DNA from: Squalus acanthias
Taxonomy: Eukaryota
Assembly (NCBI GenBank): GCA_030390025.1
Contig: JASTWF010000332.1
Location: 186,001 to 250,000, forward strand
DNA length: 64,000 nucleotides
Direction of reading: 5' to 3'
Shown: piece after piece, positions 35,717 to 48,823 of the stretch
Layout of the letters: each line of letters starts with the position of its first letter
How positions within the stretch are numbered: position 1 is the first letter of the stretch
The notes under the pieces: generated by a model
Told to the model about the DNA's origin: nothing
What the model saw: the letters and a program-made list of their open reading frames with translations, nothing else
The model's database searches: none
Translations under genes and position numbers: made by a program

Positions 35717-35884
35717 GGGGTAGATCTTGACTTTGTGCAATTGTGTAAAATGGGTGATGGCGAGTCGCAGCCCGTTTTACATCTCTCCCCATTTTTACTT
35801 CCATTGAAGGTCAAGAAAAATAAAAAATGGGAAGAGATGTAAAACAGGCTGCCGACACTATCGCACAATGTCAAAATCTACCCC
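35717..35884. mobile_element. Palindromic 168-bp MITE
   Basis: TIR ggggtagatcttgactttgtgc / gcacaatgtcaaaatctacccc; inner IR gcagcccgttttacatctctccccattttta / taaaaaatgggaagagatgtaaaacaggctgc. Confidence 0.8.
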
Positions 35885-37066
35885 TATTGGTGTTGTAAAG
35901 ACTGGGGGGAGGAGAAGAGGAGAGAAGAGGACTGTCACAACTGCCTCTCCCCTTCCTGCCTTTTTTAGGTCCCTGTGTCATGCATTATTTTGGTTAGCGA
36001 GTTGTTCACAAAGGCAGCCATTCAGCCTATGTTTATGCTGTTGGTCAAGAAGGTATCGGCTACAGATTTTCCCCTCCTTCCTGAAGGGAAGCAGCCAGTC
36101 TCCACTCATCACCTCTCCCACGGCATGACCGAGACCAGGGAGGTGCAGCCAAGTGGGCGTTGTTAGTGGAGAACAGCTTGGTGTAATGCTTCCCAAAGCC
36201 AAATTGCCTGATAGCGCCAATAGTCCACGCTCACACATGAAGAGCCATTCGGTGAAGCACTGGAGGGTGGCCAGCACCCTGTGTAACCCTACCCTAGCAC
36301 AAATCTGTATTTCCGGGACAGGGTGGGGAGAAAACTACAGGAACGAAAACTAGGGGCATAATGGCAGAAGGGGTCTAAAAGTGGACAAAAATCCACCTCA
36401 CCAAAACTTTAAAAAACCTTCATTGGTAGGAAATTGATGAAGCAAGTCATTGATCTGCATTTCTGGGTGACTGTGAACGAAGAAAGCCTTGCATTTATAC
36501 AGCGCCTTTTACGACCTCAGGATGTCCCAAAGCGCTTTACTGCCCATGAAGTGGGGTGCAGTTATTTCCAGTCAGTAGACTAGACAGACATGCATTGCTC
36601 ATTCAAAATATACAAACAGTTCAGATCCCCAAGGTTAGTGTGTCTGACTCGCACGTCGCAGAATTCACTTGACTAAATAAAAACACAATTAGGTCCCACT
36701 TTCTCATCAAACATCCACTTAAAGCGTGACATTGTAAATAATGCCAATGTGGAGGATTCACAGAAGGATTCTGATCTGCAACACCAGAAGGGTGAAAACT
36801 GCACATCTGACAGATTATTTGGAATTACGGCTTCGTAAGAGGGAAATATAATCAAAAGTAGGTTCAATTTAAAATCAATCCAACAATTCAATAAATTTAC
36901 TACCACTCTTTCCTTATGACATTAATTTTAAGATTTCCAAATCACATGTTTACGAAACAGCAAGGTGGGGGCGCGAAGAGGGGTTGAGGGGAAAGAACTA
37001 TACAGCAAGCAAATACTTCTGTCATTTACCGAATACTCAAATTCAGGCCTTGGAATCTGGTGATTT

Positions 37067-37190
37067 AACATAAGAAATAGGAGCAGGAGTAGGCCATTCA
37101 GCCCTTCGAGCCTGCTCGGCCATTCAATAAGATCATGGCTGATCTTCTACCTTAACTCCACCTTCCTGCACTATCCCCATATCCCTTGGT
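37067..37190 (-). mobile_element. CR1 family A 3' UTR fragment
   Basis: Near-identical to 6922-7045. Confidence 0.85.
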
Positions 37191-37956
37191 TTATGTCTGT
37201 TCATTCTGGTTCAGTTGGGGATTTAATTGGTAATTGAAGGGGGTGGAGGGGAGGACGTGCCTCTATCTGATACCCTTTGGTGTGGTGACAAGAACAGGTC
37301 TGCATTTTCCAATTATCCAAGGTGGGGAAAGATGGAGAACGTGCCCACATTCCCTGGCGAGGCGGTTATACCAGCCTGAGTTATCAGGGATCAAGGTTTG
37401 GCCCCTCAAATACCCAAATTGCAGGGACTTTACAATGAAGTGAAAGCCTGAAACACACTCACGTGCTGATTATTTTTACAAATCAGTGGGACCTGTTGAC
37501 ATTTGAGATTGATTGCAGTGCCATCTTGTGAAGACGCCAAATAAAAACAGGGACCAGGAGGAAAAATGACTCACGACAGCCAAGAGTAATTTCCATTACA
37601 TTTTTGTTGGGTTTTACTTCGAACAGTGCTGGTATTTTTGATTGTGTGTTTCGCTAGATCTTTGTCAAACTGTTTATACAGCCCTGCAGCATAAAATAGG
37701 TTCTTTCTGTTGCCAAAGACAAATTACCTAGAGAGCTTTAAAAAAGATGACACACCACAAGTTCAACCTTATATATTGAATGCATCAAACTGCAGTTTCT
37801 CTGCTCTTTAGGACATGTAACTGGAGTCGGATATAAAGTCCCTGGGGTTCGCTGGCTTAGAGCAGTCCATATTATTCCATTCAACATGTAATTACACATG
37901 GGAAGTTTAACTGCAAGGCTGCTGATGGGAATTCACGTTAATTGACAAGAAAAGAA

Positions 37957-38751
37957 CATATGCCCTTATACCTCCTCTCTTCCCACTGTCCAGGGCCCCA
38001 AACACTCCTTCCAGGTGAAACAGCGATTTACTTGTACTTCTTGCAATTTAGTATACTTTATTTGCTGCTCACGATGTGGTCTCCTCTACATTGGGGAGAC
38101 TAAACGCAGATTGGGTGACCGCTTTGCGGAACACCTCCGTTCAGTCCGTAAGGGGGACCCCGAGCTTCCGGTTGCCTGTCACTTTAATTCACCGCTCCAC
38201 TTCCACTCAGACCTCACCGTCCTCGGCCTCTTGCATTGTTCCACGGAAGCTCAGCGTAAGCTCGAGGAACAGCACCTCATCTTTCGATTAGGCACTTTAC
38301 AGCCTTCTGGACTCAACATAGAGTTTAACAATTTCAGATCATAACCTGGCCCCTATTAAATAAATAAATATATATATATTTTTTTATCCACACTTTTTGT
38401 TTGTGCCTTCTGTTCTTCTCTCCCACATGACAGCTGTCTTTCATTCTGCCAGCGCAATTTACACTTCATCTAGAGCCATCCTTTGTTTCTTAACCTGTCT
38501 CATTACCATCTCCTTTTGCCTTGAATATCTCTTAACCTCTCCTGCCTTCTATCCTATCACAGACCTTCCTTTTTTGTTCTTTCATCCCCTCCCCCATTTC
38601 CCAGCCCCTGCACTTGCTTAAAAATCAGTTCCATTTCCTGCTTTTTTCCAGTTCTGACGAAAGGTCATCGACCTGAAACGTTAACTCGGTTTCTCTCTTC
38701 ACAGATGCTGCCTGACCTGCTGAGTATCTCCAGCATTTTCTGTTTTTATTT
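37957..38751 (+). mobile_element. Penelope-like element 3' end: GIY-YIG endonuclease remnant plus pLTR tail
   Basis: ORF 38015-38344 reads NLVYFICCSRCGLLYIGETKRRLGDRFAEH...HFN...EQHLI..LGT..P.GLN and is followed by a hammerhead-containing tail. Confidence 0.9.
38650..38686 (+). ncRNA. Minimal type I hammerhead ribozyme
   Basis: AGTT-CTGACGA-A-AGGTC atc GACCT-GAAA-CG-TT^AACT: stem I AGTT/AACT, stem II 5 bp, palindromic ACGT stem III. Confidence 0.78.
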
Positions 38752-38875
38752 AAGTTATTTTATTTAATGGGTGCATCATTAACAGAAAATTCCTGTTCCT
38801 GCCTTCAGCTACATCACGGCATACAAAAGTTAATCTCTATCCCCTGCCTTCAAATACATCACAGCAGCCTTAATG

Positions 38876-39180
38876 CAACAACGTGCATTTATATAGTGCC
38901 TTTAATGTAGTAAAATGTCCCAAGACGCCTCACAGGAGTGTAGTCAGCATAATACTTGGTCAAGGTAGTAGGTTTTAAGGAGTGTCTTAAAAGGAGGAGG
39001 CGCAAAGGTTTAGGGAGGGAATTCCAGAGCTTAGGGCAGACGACTGAAGGCACGACTGCCAATGGGGAGCGAAGGAAGTGGGGGATGCACAAGAGGCCGG
39101 AACTGGAGGAACGCAGAGTTCTCAGAGGATTGTAGGACTGGAAGAGGTTACAGAGATAGGGAGATGGCGAGGCTTTGGAG
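38876..39180 (-). mobile_element. L2-type LINE 3' fragment
   Basis: Homologous to the other L2 tails. Confidence 0.78.
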
Positions 39181-40125
39181 CATAGCTGTGGGTTTAGCCA
39201 CTAGTTGGCAGGTTTCACGAGAAAAATTACTGACTATAATTGGACAGTGGCTTTTCCCTAACCCAGAGGTTCTAATTAAATGGACAGGGTTGCAGAATTT
39301 AATCCCCAAAACAATGGTAAGCATTCCTGGAATCCCATGCAATTAACAAAGAATTTGACTTATTCAGTCACTGGATACTGTGGCCCTGCCAATGGGTTAA
39401 AGACCCAGTTTCCTGACTTTGGACTCCACCCACTTTATGCTCCATTTCCTCTTTCCATCAGATTTTCTTGCTGGAATGATTTTCTCTCTTTCGTCTATGT
39501 TTTGTCAGACAACTAGCACATATCCAAGAAATACATGTATAACAAAGCGAGTATGGGATTATTACACTGAACTGGTTGCAGGACAGTGGATTTGCAATGC
39601 TCTCAAAGTATAAAGTATAGGCTTGCAAAGCATTAAAGCTTCAAGATTTTTTTTAATTTTTTTTTAAAAAGTATTCGAGAACATCATCTCCATCCCCAAC
39701 TGCATGTCACAAACTTCATAACAACATCTGCTTAGTCACAGTTAACTGCCTTGCCAATGAGTAACGAATGTCCTACTAACAGTCACAGAAACCCTGCCTG
39801 TGGGAGTTATGTACTCCAACAGATTAATAATTTTTACAACTGACTTTAGGACTCCACTGGTATAAAGCCCCGAAAGTCCAGGGAAGCCCCACGTGTGTGG
39901 AGCATGTTCAGTGAGTTGCGAGCCTTTTCACATGGTGGGGCTCGTCACAGGGCGGGATGCCCTCAAGAGGGCCTTGAACAGAAAGGAAAAACTGTTAAAA
40001 CATACCGCAGAATCTTTCATCCATTCAAGTACCATCATTTTGGGAGAAACTTCATAACAGTCACAAACCTTTAGTTTTTATGCTTGTTGGGTGTCAATCA
40101 CTATCCCTCGCTCCCAACACAACAA

Positions 40126-40576
40126 CTTATGAAGAAAGATTGAGCAGGTTGGGCCTATGCTCATTGGAATTTAGAAGAATGAGAGGTGATCTTATTGAAA
40201 CATAAAAGATACTGAGGGGGCTCAACAAGGTAGATGCAGAGAGGATGTTTCCCTTCATGGGGAAATCTAGAACTCGGGGCATAGTTTCAGAATAAAGGGT
40301 CGCCCTTTTAGAACCGAGATGAGGAGGAATTTCTTCTCAGAGGGTTGTAAATCTGTGGAATTCTCTGCCCCAGAGAGCCGTGGAGGCTGGGTAATTAAAT
40401 ACATTTAAGGTGGAGATAGACAGATTTTTACAAGATAAGGGAGTGAAGGGTTATGGGGAGCAGGCAGGGAAGTGGCTTTGAACCCAAGATCAGCCATGAT
40501 CTTATTGAATGGCGGAGCAGGCTTGAGGGGCCAAGTGGCCTATTCCTGCTCCTATTTCTTATTTTCTTATGTTCTT
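40126..40576 (+). mobile_element. CR1 3' fragment
   Basis: agaagaatgagaggtgatcttattgaaac... followed by the CR1 3' UTR with a (ttcttat)n tail. Confidence 0.88.
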
Positions 40577-40761
40577 GCATTTATATAGTGCCTTTAATGT
40601 GGTAAAATGTCCCAGGGCATTTGAGTACCGGAGCACTGAAGCAAACTGTGGCACCTTTACCTCAGCTCTGCTCGAGAGCATCTAACTCAGTACAGATAAG
40701 GCGAATGTGGAATTTTCCTGGGCTGTATGGCTCAGTGCCACATCACGCGGCCCTTTTATGG

Positions 40762-41070
40762 AAACATAGGAATTGCTAGACGAAAAAAGACCAAGGTCCA
40801 TCTAGTTCGCCTTTGACCATCCCAGTAGTCACGTGATACAATGATAATGGAGTTGTTAACTAATCATTAGTCAACAACAGACCCAGACATGAGGCGAGGA
40901 AAACCCCAGTGGTGGAGCGCTTTGGGAGCCCGAGAATGCTACACTTATCACACGTCACGTCTCAAATTTCTCATATACGGTTTCCCAAAATGTTATTTAC
41001 TGAAAGAAATCTATCAATTTTGCATTTGAATGCATCAATACTAACTGCTTCCATCGTCTCCTTAAGGAGG
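40762..41070 (-). mobile_element. Older CR1-like 3' end
   Basis: catagga...aagaccaaggtccatctagttc resembles CR1 3' terminal stem-loop motifs; degenerate. Confidence 0.45.
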
Positions 41071-43080
41071 CTACGGAGATATCTGGGAGCTACGTCTTTA
41101 TTTATGAACAAGGCAATATACAATATTGTTTACTTCAAAGATCTTGCCACTTTAAACCAATCAAACCAGTGCAGGGAGCATCGATATTAAGGATAGAAAT
41201 GCTCAAACTAATGTACCCATACACTTGCGCTATTCAGTTAAATAGTACCAGGCTCTATTTAAGCATTTAGGTCATGTAGCTTGGGGTGGGTGGGGGAAGC
41301 AGGAAAGTGTGACAGTGGATAAACTGGTCAAGTGAGACATTTTAACTGAGATCAGTTCAGGTTACCAGTCACTCATTCAGCACTCCAACCCATTTATTAT
41401 GAGCTATTGGTTTTAATCCCTGTCATTTTCTATTTACAAACATGGCTCTTGCACACATGACTGCTGACAAAATGCTCCCATTTTTCTAAGCCAACATCCT
41501 TTTCTGAACTCCCCCACCGGAGTCATCCATGCAATTTAAGATTGAAAATTTATGATTGTTTATGGAATTTTCCACGCAATTTATTTTCCCAGCTGTCACC
41601 ATTGTTCAACCTTCAGTCAACATTAGAGGCAGAGAGAAAAAAAAAACCACTTGATCCCTGTATAAAGCTCTGTGACATGAGTGTGATGGCATGGTAAATT
41701 ATTGAATTTTATTCCCCATTGTGACCAGCAACAACTGCCACTCAATTTTCCTGTAACCAGCCTTATTATGCAACTGTCACTGCATCATTCCCTTCCAATA
41801 ACAGTAGACGTAGGTGGTGACATTTCAGCTGGAGGTTTTCTCGCTAGGATGTCGATGATCAATGTAACTCAGCACATTAAAAAAAGTGCTTGGTGAGGTA
41901 GGGCAACGTAAAGGAACTCCAAGCAAAGAAGAAAAAAACAGAAGCAAAGATGATTAATTCAAATTGCTCTTATGCACCTTCAAGTAGTCGTCATGAATGG
42001 CATCACGAGAGGCAACAGAGGAGGTGGAGGTTGGGAAGGGAAGGAAATTAGCCAAATGTATAACATTCTTAACGTAGTATTTTAATATCCAACAGCTATG
42101 AAATGTCGTCAACCTCCTGAACCAGGAGGTCAAAGGTCCTGGAGCCGCTATTGCTCGGTTTAGCGCCAGTACTATTATCTAACTGAGGTAGTGGTCAAGT
42201 AACAAACACCACCAGCAAATTAGCTTATTGATCGGAGAACAACAACAAAAGTTAGATTTTCATAACTAAATCTGTAAAGCAAACCGTTTTGTTCCATCTC
42301 TAAAGGGTTGTATAATAAATGTTAACAAACTTGTTTTTCTGGTAATTGGAGTCTGAAATCAATATAAAAACACACATCGAAAGTTCGCCCAGCTGTACAG
42401 TGCTCTGCCTCAGTTTGGCCCCAGGACTTCAATACATTCAAGAGTGATTTATTCTGAAATCTATTTTGGAGGTTATTTTTGGCGATCAACCTGTTGGACG
42501 GCAACATTTCCCAGGCCACCTGCGTAAACCAGGCAAGGTCAATCTTCGGGCTCGTTCCCTCAGCCCCAAACGGTTATCCTGAGGTGGTTTCAAATTTTTT
42601 ATTTCTGCCAAGTAGGTTTATGAGAGTAGTTGACATTGGCAGCATCAGCTAAAGGCAAAATTCAGCCGCGTATAACGTACATAATGTACAGACATATAGA
42701 CAAGGGGAAAAAAGTTTCAGGTGCCACCAGATCAGGCTTCATTAGCATCACTGGATTTTGGGAGGATACTGGGAAAACCACATCCAGACATTATTTTGAT
42801 CCAAGATTGCAGGATGTTTTAAGTAGGGAAATAAAGAACTAATGACGTGACTTAACTGAAGACATATCTGTGTACCTCAAATTTTAAAGATCCCAGTCTC
42901 CACAGACCCATGCCAGGTTATGTCTCACTTTATTCAGCCTCCACCTCTTTACAACCTCTTTGTTTTTGGTTTAGATGATGCGAAGGAGCATTTCAAATGT
43001 TCCCTCCTGTGGTACCTTGCATGCCCTATCAGGGGAAGTCAGCCACTGGTAAGCAGAACATTGGACCACAAAAGTTAAGT

Positions 43081-43312
43081 TTCAGATGAGACGGTAAACT
43101 GAGGCTCCGTCTGGCCTCTCAGGTGGACGTGAATGAACCCATTTCAAAGAAGAGCAGGGGAGTTCTCCCCGCTGTCATGGCCAATATTTATCCCTCACCC
43201 ATCAATAAAACACAATGTCTGGTTATCATCTCATTGCTGTTTGTGGGACCTCGCTGTGTGCAAATTGGCTGCTGCGTTTCCAACATTACAACAGTGGCTA
43301 CACTTCAAAAAA
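43081..43312 (+). mobile_element. Deu-like SINE internal fragment
   Basis: Matches ~283-517 of this window. Confidence 0.8.
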
Positions 43313-45994
43313 TTACAATTCAAGAATTAAGGGACAAGAAACGGCCATTTGGCCTATTGAGAGTGCTCCTTCTAGCAGACCATGCACAATTTGCATTCTT
43401 ACGGACGATCTCAATCTTAATTTACTCTCCTGGGGGTCTGAACAACTAGAAATGCAATCTTCGGAAGCTCTGTGAAATTTCTCTGTGACCCTGAAGGTAA
43501 TCAAGGAGGAACTCAGGATCAGTCAAACATAACAATCTGTATTATTCAACCCTGACTGGGTATGTTGAATAGATGGCATTTCCATGAATCAGTCTTCTAT
43601 GGAGTAATTGATCACCTGTATATACACTTAGCCGTATAACTTTCAATCCAATATTTAACCAGGAATTCATCCAACTATTTTAATCAATGTCGTATTAACT
43701 GCTTTTGCTGCTGTGTCCATTCTGTATATCCCTTATACTGTAGGCGGGGGGGGGGGGGGGGGGGGGGGAAGACAGAGAGAGGCAATTCTTTTCAATCTCT
43801 AGCCTTGCTGCAAGCTCATTAATTTAGTGCCAGTTCCCTCATGTTCAGTGATAGCAGTCAAGTTAAATGATCTGCTTTCATAGATGTTATCCATCCCTTC
43901 GAATATTTTAAAAACCGGGATCAGGTGGCCTCTCAATCTTCTTCAATGATAAACAGGTTCATTTTTAAATCTCTTCAGTTATTTTTTTGCACAGAAATCA
44001 CAACATAGTATTTCTTTCACTCGAACATTTATTTGTTGTCCTCAGGATCTGTGTGTAGTCACGGATCAAATCTAGGAACAGAGCTTATGATGCTCAAGAT
44101 GGTTAAAGATTTGCAACCTCCTGTTGCAGATTCCCTGGATTCCACTTAGAACTCCCAGGAGTCAAATTGAATCTTTCTGGTACCTGTACATTTCTCAAAC
44201 TGTAAGAGGTGTTTTTTGCATTCAGCGACTCTCGATTTTGCAAGCCCCATTACATTACTTTTAAAATATCAAAAATCCATGTTCGACAAAATAACTTTAA
44301 TATTGAACGGATGCTGGGTAAAGAGAAGCTCTGAATAATACAATTTTCACAGTAAAAATAAACTAACTAGGGGCCAAAATGACTAATTGTCAGTTTCAGC
44401 AAAAAGTGGGTGTAAAAAAAGTGATGGAGTGGAGGTAGAAATTGTTAATGGGTTATTTGTCTGCAGCTGTCTGCTTAACAAGCAATACATGCGTCATTTC
44501 ACAGATGCACAATCAAATCGAAGAGGGGCTATTTTACCGCAGTCAGGCCTGGAGCTTGATGAAGAAGAACCTTGTTACAGCAGTGATCGAAGTGCAAGCA
44601 CGCAGGAGTATTCTGTCTAAAAGCAGCCCTTGGCAGATTAAGCACAGCAGTGCAGCAGGAAGAAATGAAGGCAGCCAGAGGTTGCAGAGGGCACACAACT
44701 TACAGCCAGTACTGTAACAGAGTCAGCCTACCTGGCGAAGGAGAGGAACAACAAATAAGAAAAGTTCAGGCTCCTCACGGGAGGTGATGAGTGTAGGTGT
44801 GCCACCCAGTCCATGAGGACCTTCAAGAAGAATTATCCATCTGCACTGGCAGTGAAAGTCACCACTCCTGTCAACTTTCACCCCGTGTGGCTGTTTCAGG
44901 TACCCCTCAGGAGTCAGTAATTTCACTAATTTGCCTCTACATAGCTCATCAGCTGCTTGAGAAGTGTACATAGATTAATAGTACAAGCGCCCTGTGATTG
45001 GCATTTATCCCCCCCCCCGCCCCCCTCCATTGTCTCAGGATATGCACGTTTTAAAGCAGAAACTCCCATGATTTCACCAAGAGCTCATCTCAACAAAAAC
45101 ATACATTTCTCCCACTTTTGCATAGAATATTGATATTCAGGTCCTTACTGAAGGGTTTTCTCACTAGAATTTTGGTCTCCGTACAAGGGAAAGATGAGGC
45201 TCTGTTACAATAAGTAGTGGTTGCAGAAGAGCATCAGCAAAAATGAGCTCCGAATGTCACTGTCCCCATCTTTATATTGCCCTTTGCCACCCATTGGCGC
45301 CCGATTGGGAAAATGGAGACCCAGTTTCCTGCACATTTGGACAAAGAGGACAACGTAAAGCAACTCACACGCTCACATTTTTTAAGTTAAGACCGTTCTG
45401 AAGTCCTGCAATTTCTTTTCAAAGTTCTGCTGAGAACATGGTACGCAATGACCGAAACTAGCAGTGGCAATCTTTAGAATCAATACTCCCCACTTTCCAT
45501 CCCAATAAACAGCAAGTGAGCTTTTTAAATTGCAACGTGCTGGGCTGCGGACTCGGTTGGCACACAATGAGCACCATGACGCCACTGCTCGTTACCAAAC
45601 ACTTCACAGAAGGTCTGTCTGAAAGGAAGGGCCCAGCTTATTCATCTCTACAGAAACGTGCACTCATGCTACCTCTGAATTCAACTGATGAGATTTGCTC
45701 CAATTCAGATCATCACCATTGCTTCTGCTGCAGTCAGTTCAAACATCTGAAACACAGCTGTGAAATATCAAAATCTTAAAATGTGTGATATCGTCGAGAG
45801 AGTTTTAGTAGGTCACGATGAGTAGTAAATGAGTTATCAAAAGGCTGAATAAGGGATTGTGATGACAACAATTACATTCAGGGTTTCTGATAGTCCTCAA
45901 GGAAGATCAGTGATTAGTTTCAGGAACATAAAAAAAACGGAGGGATCAGCCATAAAGAGGCAGCCTTTGTACTGCATAATATAAATACAACATA

Positions 45995-46515
45995 CAATAG
46001 CAAAATACTGCAGATGCTGGAAATCTGAACCAACAGTAAATGCTGGAAACACTCAGCAGGCCAGGCAGCATCCGTGGAGAGAGAAACAGAGTTAACGTTT
46101 CAGGTCTAGGACCCTTCTTCAGAACTGGAAAAAGTTAGAGATGTAACAGATTTTAAGGCAGGGAAAGAGGGGAGGGGACGAAAGAACAAAAGGGACCGTC
46201 TGTGCTAGGGTGGAAGGCAGGAGTGGTTAAATGTTGCAAATGGGGATGGCAGAATCATCAACAGCTGTCGCCTGAAAAAATGGGGGCAGAAGTTATGGTT
46301 AGAAATTGTTGAACTCAATGTTGAGTCCAGAAGGTTGTAAAGTACCTAATAGAAAGATGAGGTGCTGTTCCTCGAGCTTCATTGGAACAGTGCAAGAGGC
46401 TGAGGACAGAGAGGTCGGCGTGGGAGTGGAGCAGACAATTAAAGTGACAAGCGACCGGAAGCCCGGGGTCACGCTTACGGACTGAACGGAGGCGTTCCGC
46501 AAAGCAGTCACCCAA
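45995..46515 (-). mobile_element. Penelope-like element 3' end (GIY-YIG C-terminus plus tail)
   Basis: ORFs 46315-46515 and 46299-46541 match 38015-38344 (GDCFAERLRSV, EEQHLIFLLGTLQPSGLNIEFNNF). Confidence 0.88.
46089..46126 (-). ncRNA. Minimal type I hammerhead ribozyme (sense to NOS1AP pre-mRNA)
   Basis: The minus strand reads AGTT-CTGAAGA-A-GGGTC cta GACCT-GAAA-CG-TT^AACT. Confidence 0.72.
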
Positions 46516-46552
46516 ATGGCCTTCTTCCGTACTGTAACCATTCTATGATTCT

Positions 46553-47745
46553 AACAATTTCAGACCATAACCTCTGTCCCTATTTTTTCAGGCGACAGCT
46601 GTTGATGATTCTGCCATCCCCATTTGCAACATTTAACCACTCCTACCTTCCACCCTATCACAGACCATCCCTTTTGTTCTTTCCTCCCCCCCCTCCCCTG
46701 CCCGCGCTTAAAATCTGTTACATCTCTAACTTTTTCCAGCTCTGACGAAGGGTCACAGACCTAAAACGTTGGGCTCGATTTTAATAGCCCTGGAGGTGGT
46801 GGGTTTGAAGGCGGGTCGGCAGCGAAAATCGGAAAAAATGGCTTCAGACTGCCAACCTGCCTCCATCCTGCCCCCACCCGATTTTCGTGAGTGTCGGGTC
46901 AGCCACTCCCAAACTGACAGCTTGTTAACTGCCTTGCTAATCCTATTTTTAGTGATTTCCCATTTTTGTGCTTCTGGCTCGTTTCCCGTCTTGTCAGAAA
47001 CACGGCAGCTGCAAGGAGATGAGTTTCTCAAGGGCATGATATGTAGTCATTGGTGCAGCACTTTAAAAGCGCTCCTGTAACATGGCTGACATTCAAATGC
47101 AACAACACATTACCAGAAACCTCACATGGACATTGGCTAAACCTCTCAAGTGCTTACCCTTGATTGTTGTTAGTTGGTATGCTTGCAGTAGGATGAGGGC
47201 GAGTGTGAGGGGTGGCTTGCGAGATGGGGGAGTGATAAAGTAGATAGAGAGGGTTGGTTGGAGATTCAAGGTAAGTTTTTGTCCTGGGGAAGTCTCTTCC
47301 GCCCTTGGAAGGGAAGAGAACCACCCTGCGTACTATGACTCCCTTCATAACATATGGAGGGAGTCATTGGAGAGCCTGGGTGCAACTGTTCACCTTTGTG
47401 CAGTGATGGTCAGTGTTTGCAGCACCTCAATGCTGTCAAACACTGACAGAACAACTGTCAAAATAAAATTGTGCATGGTCTCTTTAAGGAAACTGGCAGT
47501 TGACGTGTCATCAAATGACATCATCAGACCCGCTTCCTGTTAATTGGTCGGTAAGCCCGCAGGGACAAGGCCAATCAAGGGAAAATCATGTCTGCAGAGC
47601 GGAGGCAGCTGGGGTGGGACTGGAACCCGGAAACCAGCTGACCCGCCCCCATCCCGCCTCCAGGATTAAATTCACGGCCTTTAACTCGGTTTCTCTCTCC
47701 ATGGATGCTGCCGGACCTGCTGAGTGTTTCCAGCATTTTCTGCTA
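46553..47745 (+). mobile_element. Inverted copy of the Penelope tail (46553-46770 and 47681-47745), split by a MITE
   Basis: Reverse complement of ~46035-46310; the two pieces rejoin as ...aaacgtt|ttaactcggtttctctc. Confidence 0.85.
46771..47680. mobile_element. MITE / deleted DNA transposon (PIF/Harbinger-like)
   Basis: Imperfect TIRs gggctcgattttaat..cctggagg / cctccaggattaaattcacggcct; inserted at a TTA-like site. Confidence 0.7.
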
Positions 47746-48823
47746 TAAATATAATATACTTCACTTACAATCATAGTGGAAAGGTTTCAATGTCCCAGTT
47801 TCTTGTTGTGGAGCGAATGGAATACCACTATTAGAATGAAATTACTGTTCACTTCTAATGAAATTCGGAGTGCTAGCCAACAAAAAGCTACAAAGTGTTA
47901 CCCCACAGGTCAATGGAAACCAGCCAAAGTCATAACCTTGTCCTTGGAACCGAACTGAATCTTTTAGATTACACTGAAAAAAAGCATTTGTTCCATTTCA
48001 GTTCCAGGAACGTGCCTCAGCATTTTGCTAGTCATGCAGCTTATTTCAGGTCCGATATAAAACGGAGTCAGTCAATTCAATCAACCAGTTCTTGGTCTTG
48101 ACATTTTACCGCAGCAAAGCAGATTTAATTCCAGAATGAGTGCTACCATATTGTAAGTTGTAGAGCTAAACTCAAAAAAGTGTCAGACTTTTGGAGCAAT
48201 ATTTCTGAGCACTTTCTAAAAAGCAGCACTGATCAGTCAGCCGTACTGTTAAGATGTTGAGTCTGTGAAGCACAGAGGACTTTGTAGTTAATAGATCTTT
48301 TGTAACATTCAGTGGAAGAGACTATAATTACTGTAGATGTATTTGGGACATGTAATTACTTTGGCCTGGAAAACAGTGGCACAGTAAAACATTAAAGAGA
48401 CAATTAGCAATATAAATGCACGACACCAACTGTTTATCTGCTATAGCTGATGGCTTTTTTCCCAAAACACTCGTTACTATTCTGGCTTCTTTTGAAACGG
48501 TGCGACTGAATACTGCACCAATACACAGTATTGATCCACCAGTCACGCAGTTGTGACATAGCTGACAAGTCAGATCGGGTTTTAACTTCACTTTATATCC
48601 AAAGGCATTTCATGTCCGCAAGCTACACCTTACACAAACATTTAGCATTTTGGTTTAATGGGTTTAGGCTACATTAGATCCAAGCAAGTACAAAGATTAT
48701 GCAAGTGTAAGTTTATCATCACTCATTACCAGAATACCCACTCATTAGTAAATGCCATTCAAAACGCTTATATTTTTTTTATCAATGTGAATCCGGATTC
48801 TATTTAATGAATAACTATTTTCC

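Noticed and set aside
37515..37533. CTCF-like motif (minus strand TCACAAGATGGCACT); weaker one near 15905-15935
   Set aside because: Short motif matches are expected by chance in 64 kb and cannot be supported without ChIP data.
39880..39945. Short hairpin agccccac...gtggggct downstream of a TATAAA
   Set aside because: The stem is too short and irregular for a miRNA or ribozyme call.
43741..43768. Poly-G run (also 14572-14597)
   Set aside because: Simple homopolymer, possibly length-inflated by sequencing; no further structure.
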